This document shows positions 13,204 to 24,479 of a stretch of 64,000 bases of DNA, one piece after another. Under the pieces are notes generated by a model, which was not told the origin of the DNA, ran no database searches, and saw only the letters and a list, made by a program, of their open reading frames with translations. The stretch is from Takakia lepidozioides (lineage: Eukaryota > Plantae > Bryophyta), in contig CM060733.1 of assembly GCA_030704615.1 (NCBI GenBank), positions 21,390,001 through 21,454,000 on the forward strand. The letters are read 5' to 3'. Position 1 is the stretch's first letter. The number at the start of each line of letters is the position of its first letter. A program made the translations under genes and the position numbers.

Positions 13204-14239
13204 GTGCCAGGGGTACAGCCAGCAAGCGAGGAAATAGGGGGGGGGTCATCGATTCGCCCAGGATCTGCACTTGCGATGAACAAAGGGAAGTCAAAATGGA
13301 TCACTAAGAACTACTCTACCTCCAATGGTACGGGCAATTCAATCTTGGGCAAAGGCCCAACCCCACTGATCATTGACCACTCTTCCAAGGAAGATGAGGG
13401 GGTTTGGGAGGACTCCATTCCACAAGAAACCAATGAGTAGCCAGTGTTAGCACTTGACAAGGAAAAGCTCAAGGTGCAAGCGGAAAAACTCACTTAGAGA
13501 GGAATTCTCATCTACTTCCCTGGGAAGCTTAGAGCTAGGAAGTGGATCCGCACGTGGATCGTGAAACACATTGGAGCGGAGGGAGGACTCGACCAGCACT
13601 TCTGCCTTTCCATGGGCAGAGGTTTCTACCTGGTTCTTTTCTGCAACTCAGCCGAAGCAGAATCGGCTCTCAAGTTCAACACACAAATGTCAGCAGCAAA
13701 GGTTTTCATTTTCCCCTGGACCCATGACTGGGGTCACAAACAGGGAGTGCTTTGGAAACCGAGGGTTATTGCAATCCCTTTCCTGCCTGCCATATATCTC
13801 TCTTCTCTCCCTGAAATAGGGGCCAGCTTCAGCACTTTCATCGGCTCTCTGAACGTGTTCGAGCCTATTCAAGTACCATCAAAAGCATGGACACAGAAGC
13901 TGCTTGCATTGACTTCACCAGAGACAATGGCGTGTTCTGATGCCGGAAACTAAGCCAATAGGCTTGTCCATCAAGTTGCCAACGTTAGATGATTCATACA
14001 TCATGGTAGCTATCCGCGAGGAGCTCATCTCCACGATTTGCTTTGTTCGCAACGGTGAAGGTCATGTGCGATCCAACTGTCCTAAAATCAACAGACAAAT
14101 CGCCTCCGACGACGCCAAGCACCCCTTTCCACAGACAGGAGTAGTTGGCTCCTCATACAAGACTGCTGCTCAGGCCACTCACGCTCCAGTCACCATGGGA
14201 ATTAGACGTGGAGGTCCCTCATCAGGGTCAGACTTCTAA
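13204..14239 (+). pseudogene. LINE ORF1 (DUF4283-like RRM plus zinc knuckle), degenerate
   Basis: SMGRGFYLVLF...VFIFPW...IPFLP...LPEIGASF, then CFVRNGEGHVRSNCP (decayed CX2CX4HX4C); contains stops and frameshifts. Confidence 0.75.
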
Positions 14240-14847
14240 AAAAAGGAAGAGAAACGGAGAGAAGTCCAGGTCATGGATACACCCAAACCGCCCGTATGAT
14301 CTACATCTTGTCAGAGTGAAGGACGCTTGGGCATCTTTTCCTTTCTCTGAGGAGGAGCTGCAATTTTTGGATGCACAAGTCTGGCAATTGCTTTCCTGGA
14401 ACTGCACACTTTCACCAGAAAGCCTCTCAATGGATGGGCCCCCGGATCAGCATATGCGCGAGATAGGGCAGCTATTTGTGTAATTCCTTTGGTTTACACC
14501 CTTTCTGACGATTACACAAATTTTTGCTTGCCAGCGGACGGGGAGGGTTTCCGCTCTGCATGGGTTTCTGAGCCCCTCGCCAAGGATTTGGGGGTCGGAA
14601 GTGTGAAGGATATCACTCTCTTCCTAACCAGCCAGGTCCTCAGGGAGTTCTTCCCCCATACATCTCTATCTCTATCTCACATTCATGACATAGGCATCAT
14701 GGTAGAGAACAACGCTGCCCTTGTCAATTTGGCGGTTATACATGTGCTCCCAATCTTCCATGCTACCGACTTGGGGCAGGCCTCGGACAAGCCTATCAAT
14801 GGGGTATGAGTGGAGAAATTTGGCTTGTCTTGTAGGGTCAACGACCC

Positions 14848-15410
14848 TAATGAAAGCCTCCCTCAAGCTCTTAGTAGGCTTCCGTTGGAACTCTTGCAAA
14901 GCTCCTCAACTTCTCTGTCCTCACCCCTTGGTAGTTCCTTCTCAACTCTTCGAAGAACTCCACAACAGGGTTGAAGGCAGGCGCCGCCACTGGGGCTGGT
15001 GCAGCAGTAGCTTAGGTGGTCGTCGTAGTTGTTGTACCACTAGTCCCACTACTGCTCGTGGAAGCTGTTGTTGAAGCTACTGCTGCTGGTGCAGCTGCCG
15101 GTGTTGCTGCTGGTGCAGCTGCCGGTGTGGCTGCTGCCCTTGTGCCTCTAGTGCCTGTAGTGATGGAGACATAGTCGGGTGACCAGTACATCATCCACTC
15201 CTCGATCTCAACATCGTGCCCCCGCCTAAACTCATGGTAATCATCCATGGGCGGTCCCTCAAGGTGCTGAAACAGCCCCTTCCATGCCATAAAAGGCGTA
15301 AACAGTTGTGGATTGCGCATTTGCTGCAAGTTACACCAACTATCAAACTCTTGGATAAAATCATCCAACTCAATGGTGCTCACCGCCCCAGAGTACCTTC
15401 GTGGCTCCAT
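14848..15410 (-). mobile_element. gag: gag N-terminal part of a second copy of the DNMT-carrying Ty3/gypsy family
   Basis: MEPRRYSG..ELDDFIQEFDSWC..LFQHLEGPPMDDY...PAFNPVVEFFEELRRNYQGVRTEKLRS..QEFQRKPTKSLREAF is near-identical in its C-terminal part to the gag start at 26240-26410. Confidence 0.82.
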
Positions 15411-17557
15411 ACATCTCCTCCATCGTGTCCCACAACAATGGCAAGGAAACAACTTGCACCGCCGGTGTGAGTCCTCCTGATTCACAATCCGAATCAGAAC
15501 CTTCTGTAGAAGACACAGGAGATGAAGGTGGCATAAACCGCACACCTCGTCTCGTATACCCGCTAGTATCGCTAGTGCTTGTCCCGGCACTTTCCCCAGC
15601 AACTAGTGGTACCTCCGTGTTGACAAACTGACACTCAACCGGTCATGAACATGTCTCTAACCCCCTCTCCACAAGGTAACCGGGTAGAGAACCTGATGCG
15701 GTTTATGGAATACTAGGTTCCTAACATAGCCTGCACCTGCACCTACATCCACCGCATGCACTCCTATGGTTGGCTGGTCATCACCTCCAACCTCACCACA
15801 GGAGAAACAAAGATGGTCTGACTGGTCATCAACCCAGCCTCACCATCGACAGCATGCTCTAGGGTGGGATCGGCGATAAAGCCCGAGTCCACCACCTATA
15901 AAATCAAGTGCCCACACAAAACTAGCATGGCGCACAATCAAGCATGCAGGTGTGGAGGGGATCCAAACACAAGAATGAAAACAACAACTCCCCCACACCA
16001 AAAATCTCTCCACAGTGTCGCTCCTGCAACCCAGCCCAAACCCAGACTGACTCTTGCCTCCACCTACGGAAAGGTCTCGGCCTACAGAGAAGGTGGAAAG
16101 CTACGAGGAAGGGAAACTAGAGCAATGCCTATCCCAAGCACGCTCTCATCCCAACACCCTCTTTTTTCCTCTCTTCTTTCACTTGCATGACCATGAGGGC
16201 ATCCTGTAGACACTCCTCAAACCGCCCTCCACGAGCTCATGAAACTTGGCCTCCAAGGCCCCATGCAAGCCTCCACAGGGTCCGCCAGTGCCTCCTTACG
16301 TCCACCAGCCATTCCTCCGAACGGAACCACCTCAGGAAACCACACCATTCGCTGAAGGTTCAAAAATGGAGCAAATAGAGGTACATATAGGCCCCAACAA
16401 CATTCTGTCCAAAGGAATTACCTGCAGGCTGGTCTTCCCCATAGTTAAGAATTGGGCTGAAAACCCGAAAAGATTACCTGCAGGGAAGTAATCCCCTTTG
16501 TTAAAACGCAACAGGGAGGCAATTCCGACTTTTCTGCCGGATCAGCTAGCTCAAAACCATTGTTCTTCAGAGCCCAGCCTCCCCATCAAGGTCCTACGAA
16601 ACGAGTGAAAAAAAAATTATTTTATTTTTTATTTTTTTCACTTTGCCTGTTCGCGGCCTTCCGTGGCTCCAACCGCCACGACTCCTCACGGCCCGCCCTA
16701 GGCACTCGTTGGCCACGGGCTGCCCAGTGATACCCCGTGGTGCCACTCCCACGAGCCTTCACGGCCCGCCATCCCCACGATCTGGTCACCGTGCCCACCC
16801 ATTGTGTCCGTACCACGACTTCCAACGGTCACGGTCAACCATCACGACCTGGGCTCGTGGTATCTCGTGATACCGCCCCAACGGCCCATCACGGCCACTA
16901 TTCCCTGCGTTCCCTGGAACTCCCAACGAGTTCTCATGAGTTCTCAGGACGTTCCCGAGCTCTTCCCGAGCTGGGGTTTGCTCCAGCACCTGCTGCCGAC
17001 GAGCTATGGCTTCTGCGGAGCCATCAACCCCATCGCCCTGCACTCCTGAGCTCTCACGGCCCACTAGAAGTGCCTCCAACTCAACAAGCAAGCTATATGC
17101 TGCCCAACAAGCTCCATTTTCTTCATGAAGCTCACAAAAACAAATCTGAAAATACACACCTTTAGAAACTTGGTGCACCTGCACTTCTCATGCATCTCCC
17201 TTGGCTCTAGGGCGCCTCGTTGCTGCCCTTCCAGCCCCGCTCTTGCCACTCCAAGAGCCCTTACACTGCTGAGTTTCAGATTGAAACTCCAACTCAGCAC
17301 ATGCTTCACAAGTGCACTGATTTGCACACAAGAGGGACCAGCCCCCTCTCTTCACTCATACCTCTTCATGAGCTTGGAGCTGAAGCTCCCAACGGGCTGC
17401 GATGCATCTCCTCACAGCTCCACCATTCGGCTGCTCCCCATTTACCCGCAACAACTGATTTCGGGCAGAAATACTTGGAGCTGATCATGTCATCTCCAAC
17501 CTGCAACATGTTAGCTTCCATGCGCAGCCCACATTCCATGTGTGAAGATTTGAAATC

Positions 17558-17730
17558 CAAGACCGAATGCAATTTCCTATGTATCCAAGTGTGTCTCCTC
17601 TGTCGAGGCCTATCTAAGCCCAAGTGCAATCTTCTACTCATGTATCCAAGTGCATCTCCCATGTAGAGGCCCAAGTGTCTAGTGTCATCTAAGCCCGAAT
17701 GCAATTTCCTATGTATCCCAGTACGTCTCC
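17558..17730. repeat. Short degenerate tandem repeat
   Basis: AAG(A/C)CCGAATGCAATTTCCTATGTATCC and CCCAAGTG units repeated 2-3 times. Confidence 0.65.
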
Positions 17731-18469
17731 GCAAGGGGAAGATGGGATTTTTGAAAGCCTGGCCAACGAGCAGTCCGCTGGAGATGAGAAAGGCAATGAG
17801 GGGTCAAGGCCCAATTCATTATTGATATATCTCCCCTCGAGGCTCCAATCATTTCCATCTAAGTCCAAATGCATTTCTTTTCCACAAAGCCTACAACCAG
17901 ATTTGGACCGGAGACCTTTCCCTTGATGTCGATGCTCCAATCATTGTCCCATGAAAGCCCACTTTGCTATTTTTCACAAATTTTCAGCGAAATTCCACAT
18001 CGAGGGCTTTCCAACAGCACCAAGCACTTGCGTTGGGGCCCCGCGGTTTGGGAGATCTCAACGACGCTACAAAACAAAACAAATGTCTCGCTTCATATAT
18101 TGATATGTCATTATATGTATATGTAGATGTGAATCAATACTTTGAGTTCAATCCTGAAGTCGATAAATCCATATATAAACGACAATGCGTTGATGCCAAT
18201 ATCTTTCGTCACTCAAAGTGGAAAAAACTAAAATTGTAGTGATGTTTTCTACAAAAGAGTGATATGAACAAGTTTGTATTCACATTCAAAGTGGAAATTG
18301 AATATAAAAATGGTTTTCAGTATTAGTTTAGATACTTAAATTAAAATGATATTATTATATATAGGTGTATATGTATTAAAATTTTATTATGTATTTAGTA
18401 AATATATCCGTATTTTCATTAAATCCGGACTTCTTCAAAGTCCGGAATTAGTTAAAATTGAGTTAATGA

Positions 18470-19390
18470 TTTTGTAAGAAGAATTGAGTAAGGTTATGGG
18501 GCGGTAGTTAGCCACATTGTCCCTTTCTCCTTTCTTGTAAATCAATGTGACAAGGCCCTCTGAAATCTGCGAGGGCATCGCTTGTTTGAGGAGGATGTCA
18601 TTGGCCATGGCAAGAAAGTCATCCCCTATGGTTTGCCACAAAGCTTTAAACAATTCAACAGGCAGCCCATCTTGACCTGGACTTTTGAAGGATGCCAGGG
18701 CGTCCGCCGCCTTTCCAAGCTCTTCCATAGTGAAAGGATCTGCCATCCTTATCTTGTCAGCAGCAGAGTGAGAGCATGGAATGTTCCTGATGAGAGCGTT
18801 TCTTGCCTCTTCCACCAAGGGAGTATGGTCTCTCTTTTGGAAGAGCTGTCTGAAAAAGCCAGCAACGATGCTGGACATCTTTTTCGGGACAGCAGTTGAA
18901 GTACCCGATGCATCACGTAGGGAGAGGATCATAGTAGAAGCACGGCGTTGGGCTGCTTTAGCAAAGAAGTATTTTGTCATTTTTTCTCCCTTTAGTGACC
19001 AGTTGACGCCAACCTTTATCCTAATGAACTGCTCCCTTGAGTTTAACAACAGCGAGAGGTTTTTTTAGTGAGAAAAAGGAGGGTAGGGGAGGAGAAGGGG
19101 AGGTCAGCAGAGGACCAAACCCTTTGGAGCGAGAGGATAACCTCTGGGTCTTTAAGTAGTGTGGGGTTTAGTTTGAAAAAACCCCTAGCCTTGACTCTGG
19201 ACCCAGGGGTGTGGAGATCTAACTGGATATTAGAGTGGTCAAACCCTGGAGGAATTGGATTAATAGCTTTTCTCACAGACCAATTCAACAGATGAGTAGA
19301 GCAGTAAAACCTATCAAGTTGAGCAAGAGAGAGGTTGGGATGCTCTCTATTGTTAGCCCATGTGAATCTTAGCTCACCTTCTTAGCCCCC
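18470..19390 (-). mobile_element. L1 ORF2 segment (EN C-terminus, linker, start of RT), inverted relative to the other L1 pieces
   Basis: RFTWANN..LDRFY..FDHSNI..FFKLNPTLL; W..GEKMTKYFF; KSPGQDGLPVELFK..W; LIYKKGERDNVANYRPITLLNSSYKII. Confidence 0.92.
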
Positions 19391-19460
19391 TGGTCTCCCT
19401 TAGGTACCCTCGCACCTCTTTTCTCTAGTTACTTGGTGTCCCCATGACACCTGTTTTTTT

Positions 19461-19542
19461 TTTATAGGGCCCACCCCTGAAAAGGGGTAGTAGCCGCAAG
19501 GTGAAGTGGCTTTGAGTTACGCCGGTATTCCTGACCGGAGTC
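19461..19542 (+). other. Conserved structured ~80-nt motif, copy A (copy B on the minus strand at 60029-60108)
   Basis: TTTATAGGGCCCACCCCTGAAAAGGGGTAGTAGCCGCAAGGTGAAGTGGCTTTGAGTTACGCCGG..CCGGAGTC aligns to the rc of 60029-60108. Confidence 0.8.
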
Positions 19543-19544
19543 TT

Positions 19545-21657
19545 CTCTCTCTTGAAGATTTTCAAAATGATGTCCGACATTGAGTACTTGAAACTCGTTT
19601 TGACGCACTCTTGGAATGGTCTGCTTTGAACATGATGTTTGCAAGGACATCTTTACCTTCCTGAGAATTCCAGAACTCCGGGTCTTCATTCAGAAAACTC
19701 TTCAACTCAAATATTTTTACTGCTGCAATATCCTGGATTGGAACAATTGCCTACACACTGGCTTGTTTCTCTCCAATGCATGTTCTATCCCTACAGTCCG
19801 TCGTTTTCTACATCCAAGTCAGTATCGTTACAGCTTCCAAGCTGATCTTCAGAGTTCTACTCCTCAAATTAATTATTAGAAGTATATTTTGTACCAGATT
19901 CATGCATCGCAACCTCAAGTATAGATTTGTCCATACCAACAACATTTTCCTGCAATGAAAACACTATACTAATTCAATCACTTTATGAGACCAGCGATTT
20001 AAAAAAACAAAAACTCGGTACTAACCATCATCACGCCGCTTGGTTGTAGCAACTACTAATCTGTTAGACCAAATTATTTTATCACATTAGCTACCATCAA
20101 CTTTGTAAACAATTGATTGATAACAATTTTAGTTTTTAACTCTTGTTCCCTTGCAAGTTCTTTCTTTTCTTCATATGCATCAACAAACAACAACGGCTTT
20201 CCATTTCGCAGTTCTCCTGAAATGACACGCCGTGATGCACGGTCCCGGACATCATTGTCCGACTTATTATACCTACATATATAGTAAGCTTATTCATGAT
20301 GTCAGTTAGTGTTTTGTTTTTGAAGATGCACTACAAATAAGACATTGAAAGACAAGATCCAAAGAGAGATGAGGAGATAAAACTTACTTTTCATATGAGA
20401 TAGTGCTTTGATGTCCTGTAATCCGCATGATCCCAACTTCAATGGGCACAACAGAATTGCTCATTCTTGAGATCCCAGTACCTCAGCCGCTCTTGTTTGT
20501 AATTTATTTTGTTGTTGATTCCCAGGAATGAAACTAATTGAGTGGTATGTGCGTATAGTGTTCTTATCAACAGATATCTTGCCATACCAGATCTCAGAAC
20601 TCTTTGCCCACTTGATAAGAGGCGTTAGAAACAATGGATGGGGAAATGGTTCATTTACAGACCATATCGGACGTTTTATCATGAAGCGTTTGTATGTCTC
20701 TACCACATCATCGATGTAACAGTTCACAGGCTGCCGCTGGTTCTTAACGGAACATCTTTGTACATCCAACTTCCAGTTTTTGTTGGGGCTTGGGTGATAT
20801 GTGCAAGAACATAAATATTCCAGAACTTTAGATTATATTCAATGCACTAAACTAAAGAATTAACAAATTTAGGGTTGAGTCGATACACTTACATAAGATA
20901 CTCCCCCCTGGAGTCTTTATGAAGCACAAAATCCAAATCAGTTAGTGCTCGCGGTAGTTTTGCACCACCTCTCACGAAAAGTTTCTCTTGCAGAAGTATG
21001 CAAATCTTATGTTGCAGCCATGAGGCGTAGTAATTTGACACTCCACAAGGTTAAGCATAGCGGCCTCTTCTGAGTTGCTAAAAATGTCACTCTTTGACAC
21101 TGTTTTTCCAAGACCATTCAAAGATGAGATCATCACTGCCTCATCGGCAGCAAGTTTCACTTTCAGGTATCTAGGATCCATGAAAATATTATAAGGTATC
21201 ATGGTGACACCAGTGCGAGTGACATATTCTTCTTGCCGCATCGCCTGAATGCTGCAAACACCATAATGAATATCAGTAATTTTGATCCTAATATATCTAC
21301 ACACTATTGCAATATACAATTATGACAGGAAGTCACGTACAACAACAAAATGAATTCATAGACTGGGATTGAAAATGACATATAAATAGAAAACATACCT
21401 TGTAGGGGGATATAATTTTCCATCTTGCTTTGTCAACTAGAGCATGAAAAATTGCAGCATGTCTAGTGGCCTCACGTCAGCTTCTTAAACATATCTTCAA
21501 GCGTCATAACACTAGAATGTCCAATGAAAACACGCCACTTGTCAAAGGCCTTTCGTGCCCACTTCTCAGTCGCAACAGACCTCCTTCGGCCTCTCGACTC
21601 TACAATGTCTAACTGTACTTGATCAGTTTCTCTGAATCTATTTTTACTCTTGCTCAT
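19545..21657 (-). mobile_element. Crypton-like tyrosine recombinase gene (DUF3504-like), intron-containing and degenerate
   Basis: TEKWARKAFDKWR; FFM..TKQDGKLYPP; VVETYKRFMIKRP..PLFLTP..IWY; and at ~20390-20505 ITNKSG*GTGISRMS..IMRITGHQSTISYEK, corresponding to the HxxR, GH and catalytic Y region of tyrosine recombinases. GT-AG boundaries separate the coding blocks. Confidence 0.72.
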
Positions 21658-21676
21658 CCAGTTCTCCTTTCTTTTC

Positions 21677-22699
21677 CACTAGGCTGTCACTAGCCACCAC
21701 TAGTGCAGCCACTAGTCCACCACTAGGCTGCCACTAGCCACCACTAGTGCAGCCACTAGTCCAACTTCAATTCTATCCTGGAATCTTACCTTGGCAGATC
21801 TGTTAATGTTCAAAGATACCCCGAACCAATTCATGGAATTACATTGCGTTAACAAAAGGAAGAGGTCTAGGCAAGTGTATTTGTGGAATATCCCGCTTAT
21901 CCCCCCCACCCTGTTGGCTTTAAGTGGATCTACACACTTCAGCCCCTTGATAAAGAACCAAATTCAGGTTCCTTCCTGCCTGGCCATCAAATCGTGGGAT
22001 CACTACGGGCCTGCTACCACAGGTACCATGAATTGCTCCCTAACCAGCTGGAACATAAGAGGCATTGGATTTGATCACTCAGCTCCAAAAAGGGCGAGAA
22101 TCAAACTATGGGCCTCTAATCTTATCAATCGATCCTCTGTAATTTTTTTGCAAAAACACAAGCTGGACCCAGCTAAAATTGCTTCCCTGGGTGCATCTTT
22201 GTGGCCTGTTAATTCTGCTTTCTGGAACCCCACCGTAGTGGACTCAAGAGGGGGGACAGCGATCCTGGTTTCTCCTTCGTTGGGCCCTAGTATTCTTGCT
22301 AATGAGATATGGGTCCAGGGTCGTGTTCAGCTTATCATCATGAATATGGGTCAGTCCGTAGGGAAGGTTGGCATGGTAAATGTGTATGCTCCCAACGCTG
22401 AAGAAGAGCGCATTGACTTGTGGTCTCTTGTAAGGTTAAAGATGCTGCAGCATATGGATATCCAGCACTGGATTGTAGGAGGTGACTTCAATATGGTTGA
22501 ATTAGACACTGACAGATCTGGCTCTAATGTCCATGGCCTATCTACCGCCGAAAGAGACGTCTGGGACTCTCTCTGTCTAGCAGTCGGTCTATTGGATGCT
22601 TCCCACTTGTGGTGGACTAGTGGCTGCACTAGTGGTGACTAGTGGTTGTCTAGTGGCAGCCTAGTGGTGCACTAGTGGTGGACTGGTGATAGACTAGTG
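21677..22699. repeat. Inverted pair of (CCACTAG)n-rich arms (~21677-21762 and ~22611-22699) enclosing an L1 fragment
   Basis: Left arm CCACTAGTGCAGCCACTAGTCCACC; right arm GGTGGACTAGTGGCTGCACTAGTGG is its reverse complement. Confidence 0.85.
22029..22608 (+). mobile_element. L1 ORF2 N-terminal APE-like endonuclease
   Basis: SWNIRG, VIFLQK(E)HK, RGGTAILV, VNVYAPN, WIVGGDFN, GLLDA. Confidence 0.92.
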
Positions 22700-23337
22700 T
22701 TTGGTGTGCACATATGTTGTGTGGTTTTGGACAGCGATGTAGTTGTGTAGCGATATGTATGCGCACGACACCCGCTATCATATAATTTTTCATCTCCAAT
22801 TAATGGATAAGAAAATTGAGCCAATGTTTTCTCCATAAGCACATTGGAGTCGACTTGAATGCAGTAAGCATCCTCAATGGTGCAACAAAGAGAGACAGTG
22901 TCTAGCTGAAGACTAATATTCGAAGGAGTCGGAATCCGTTCGGTGATGTTGTGTTGTGCGACGAAATGCTCCGAAGATTGAATGAATGTTGATTCGATTG
23001 CAGTTGGAGTGCTATCAATTGCAGGCTGACAAGATCCAATGGAAAGAAACGAGGGACCAAATCAATAGCAATTGTGAAATATGATGTCAAAAATATCCAT
23101 CAAGTGATTAATGCCACACACAAGTAAGGGAACCCTATTACTTCGGAGATGAGACATTTCAATGGAGTAAATTATATGAATATTTGTAATCTATATATGC
23201 ATCAATAGTTTGGTGTTCGAAAACATCATATTTTAACATCATTAGTGACCAAAGAATCAAAGATTAAAAAAATAAAAAAATGTACACGATAGAGAAGAAC
23301 AAAGATGAAATTTATTTGATATTCATAAATACTATCA

Positions 23338-24147
23338 TCAACGACTTTTCTTGTACGCATTCTTATCAAGATAGTTCATCAGTTTTCGAAACTTTGGATC
23401 CTCCATATTCTCTGGTGGAGCCCCGAATCTCTCCGAACTAACATATGTGGCCACGGACGTTGCTCGCGACAATCCGAGGAGATATTTCTCAAGCTTCTTC
23501 AATAAGCATTTGTCCTTTGCAATTGTTTCAAAGGTCAGAGGGTAAATGCATGACCATGTGGGATTGACAACACACTTTGTTGGACTATCATCAACAAGGA
23601 GAGTATTGACCTCATCATATCGACCTGGGTACTTCTCCCACACTTTCCTAAGAGGCTTAAGAAACATAGATGGATGATCTGTTTGATTTTGTCTTGCCTT
23701 GTACTGAGGATCAATATTTGGGGGGCAGACTATGTAGTCGTTCTGAGTCATAACAAAAACAGGTTGTGGCAGACCTTTTAAAAGTCTCTTAACAATAGGC
23801 ATGAGGTTTCGGAGCATCATGCAACTCCAAATAGCTAGATCAAATGTACCACTTAATGAACGCCAGACTTGATCATAACGTTCACATCGGTAGACCAATT
23901 TCTTGCCAATAACTAGGGACTGTTTGAAATGTTTGCTTGCACTAGAATGTTCCTTCACAACAATACCCTCCTCAATTCTCTCTGTGCGGCAAAGCACACC
24001 GTTCATGTCAAATATAATCAGCATTCGTTTTTGGACACTCTGTATCTCGCCAAAGAGGTCGCTGAGGCTCATTCTGGTGAAATCAGAGAGTTGCAACCCC
24101 GAAACAAACGAGTTAGCAAGAAGATACACAATTATTGTAATAACCAT
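23338..24147 (-). CDS. FCP1/NIF-like HAD-superfamily phosphatase domain, probably TE-associated; true start uncertain
   Basis: KRMLIIFDMNGVL (motif I variant), FDLAIWS, FLKPLRKVW, NTLLVDDSPTK..VNP; uninterrupted 269-codon ORF. Confidence 0.75.
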   Translation of the reverse strand: MVITIIVYLLANSFVSGLQLSDFTRMSLSDLFGEIQSVQKRMLIIFDMNGVLCRTERIEEGIVVKEHSSASKHFKQSLVIGKKLVYRCERYDQVWRSLSGTFDLAIWSCMMLRNLMPIVKRLLKGLPQPVFVMTQNDYIVCPPNIDPQYKARQNQTDHPSMFLKPLRKVWEKYPGRYDEVNTLLVDDSPTKCVVNPTWSCIYPLTFETIAKDKCLLKKLEKYLLGLSRATSVATYVSSERFGAPPENMEDPKFRKLMNYLDKNAYKKSR

Positions 24148-24479
24148 TCAATAATACGAAGGCAACTAAGCACAATTATTTATACCGTACATATACACAC
24201 ATGGTTCTCCGAAATCAAATAACCACAACATAATATAATGTTCTTGACTCATTGGGGCCAATGGACAAAGGGGTTATAGTTTTGGGTCTCACTGCTATAT
24301 CAAGAGTGGATAAAAGATGAAAGAGTTATCCATAAGTGTACGTATTACATTAGGTCATAAGATGTAATTAGCTTTGTTATGTGTTTGAGAATTCAATACT
24401 TCGGAACATGTTTTGAAGTCCACACATCTAGAAAAATTGTAGAGTGAAGTTCATATAGTGTAGTAGCACTTTACCAGAT

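Noticed and set aside
19461-19542. Hammerhead, hairpin, pistol or HDV ribozyme identity for the 80-nt motif
   Set aside because: Required cores (CUGANGA with GAAA; AGAA with AGAAAC and GUAUAUUAC; nested pseudoknots) are not present, so it is left unclassified.
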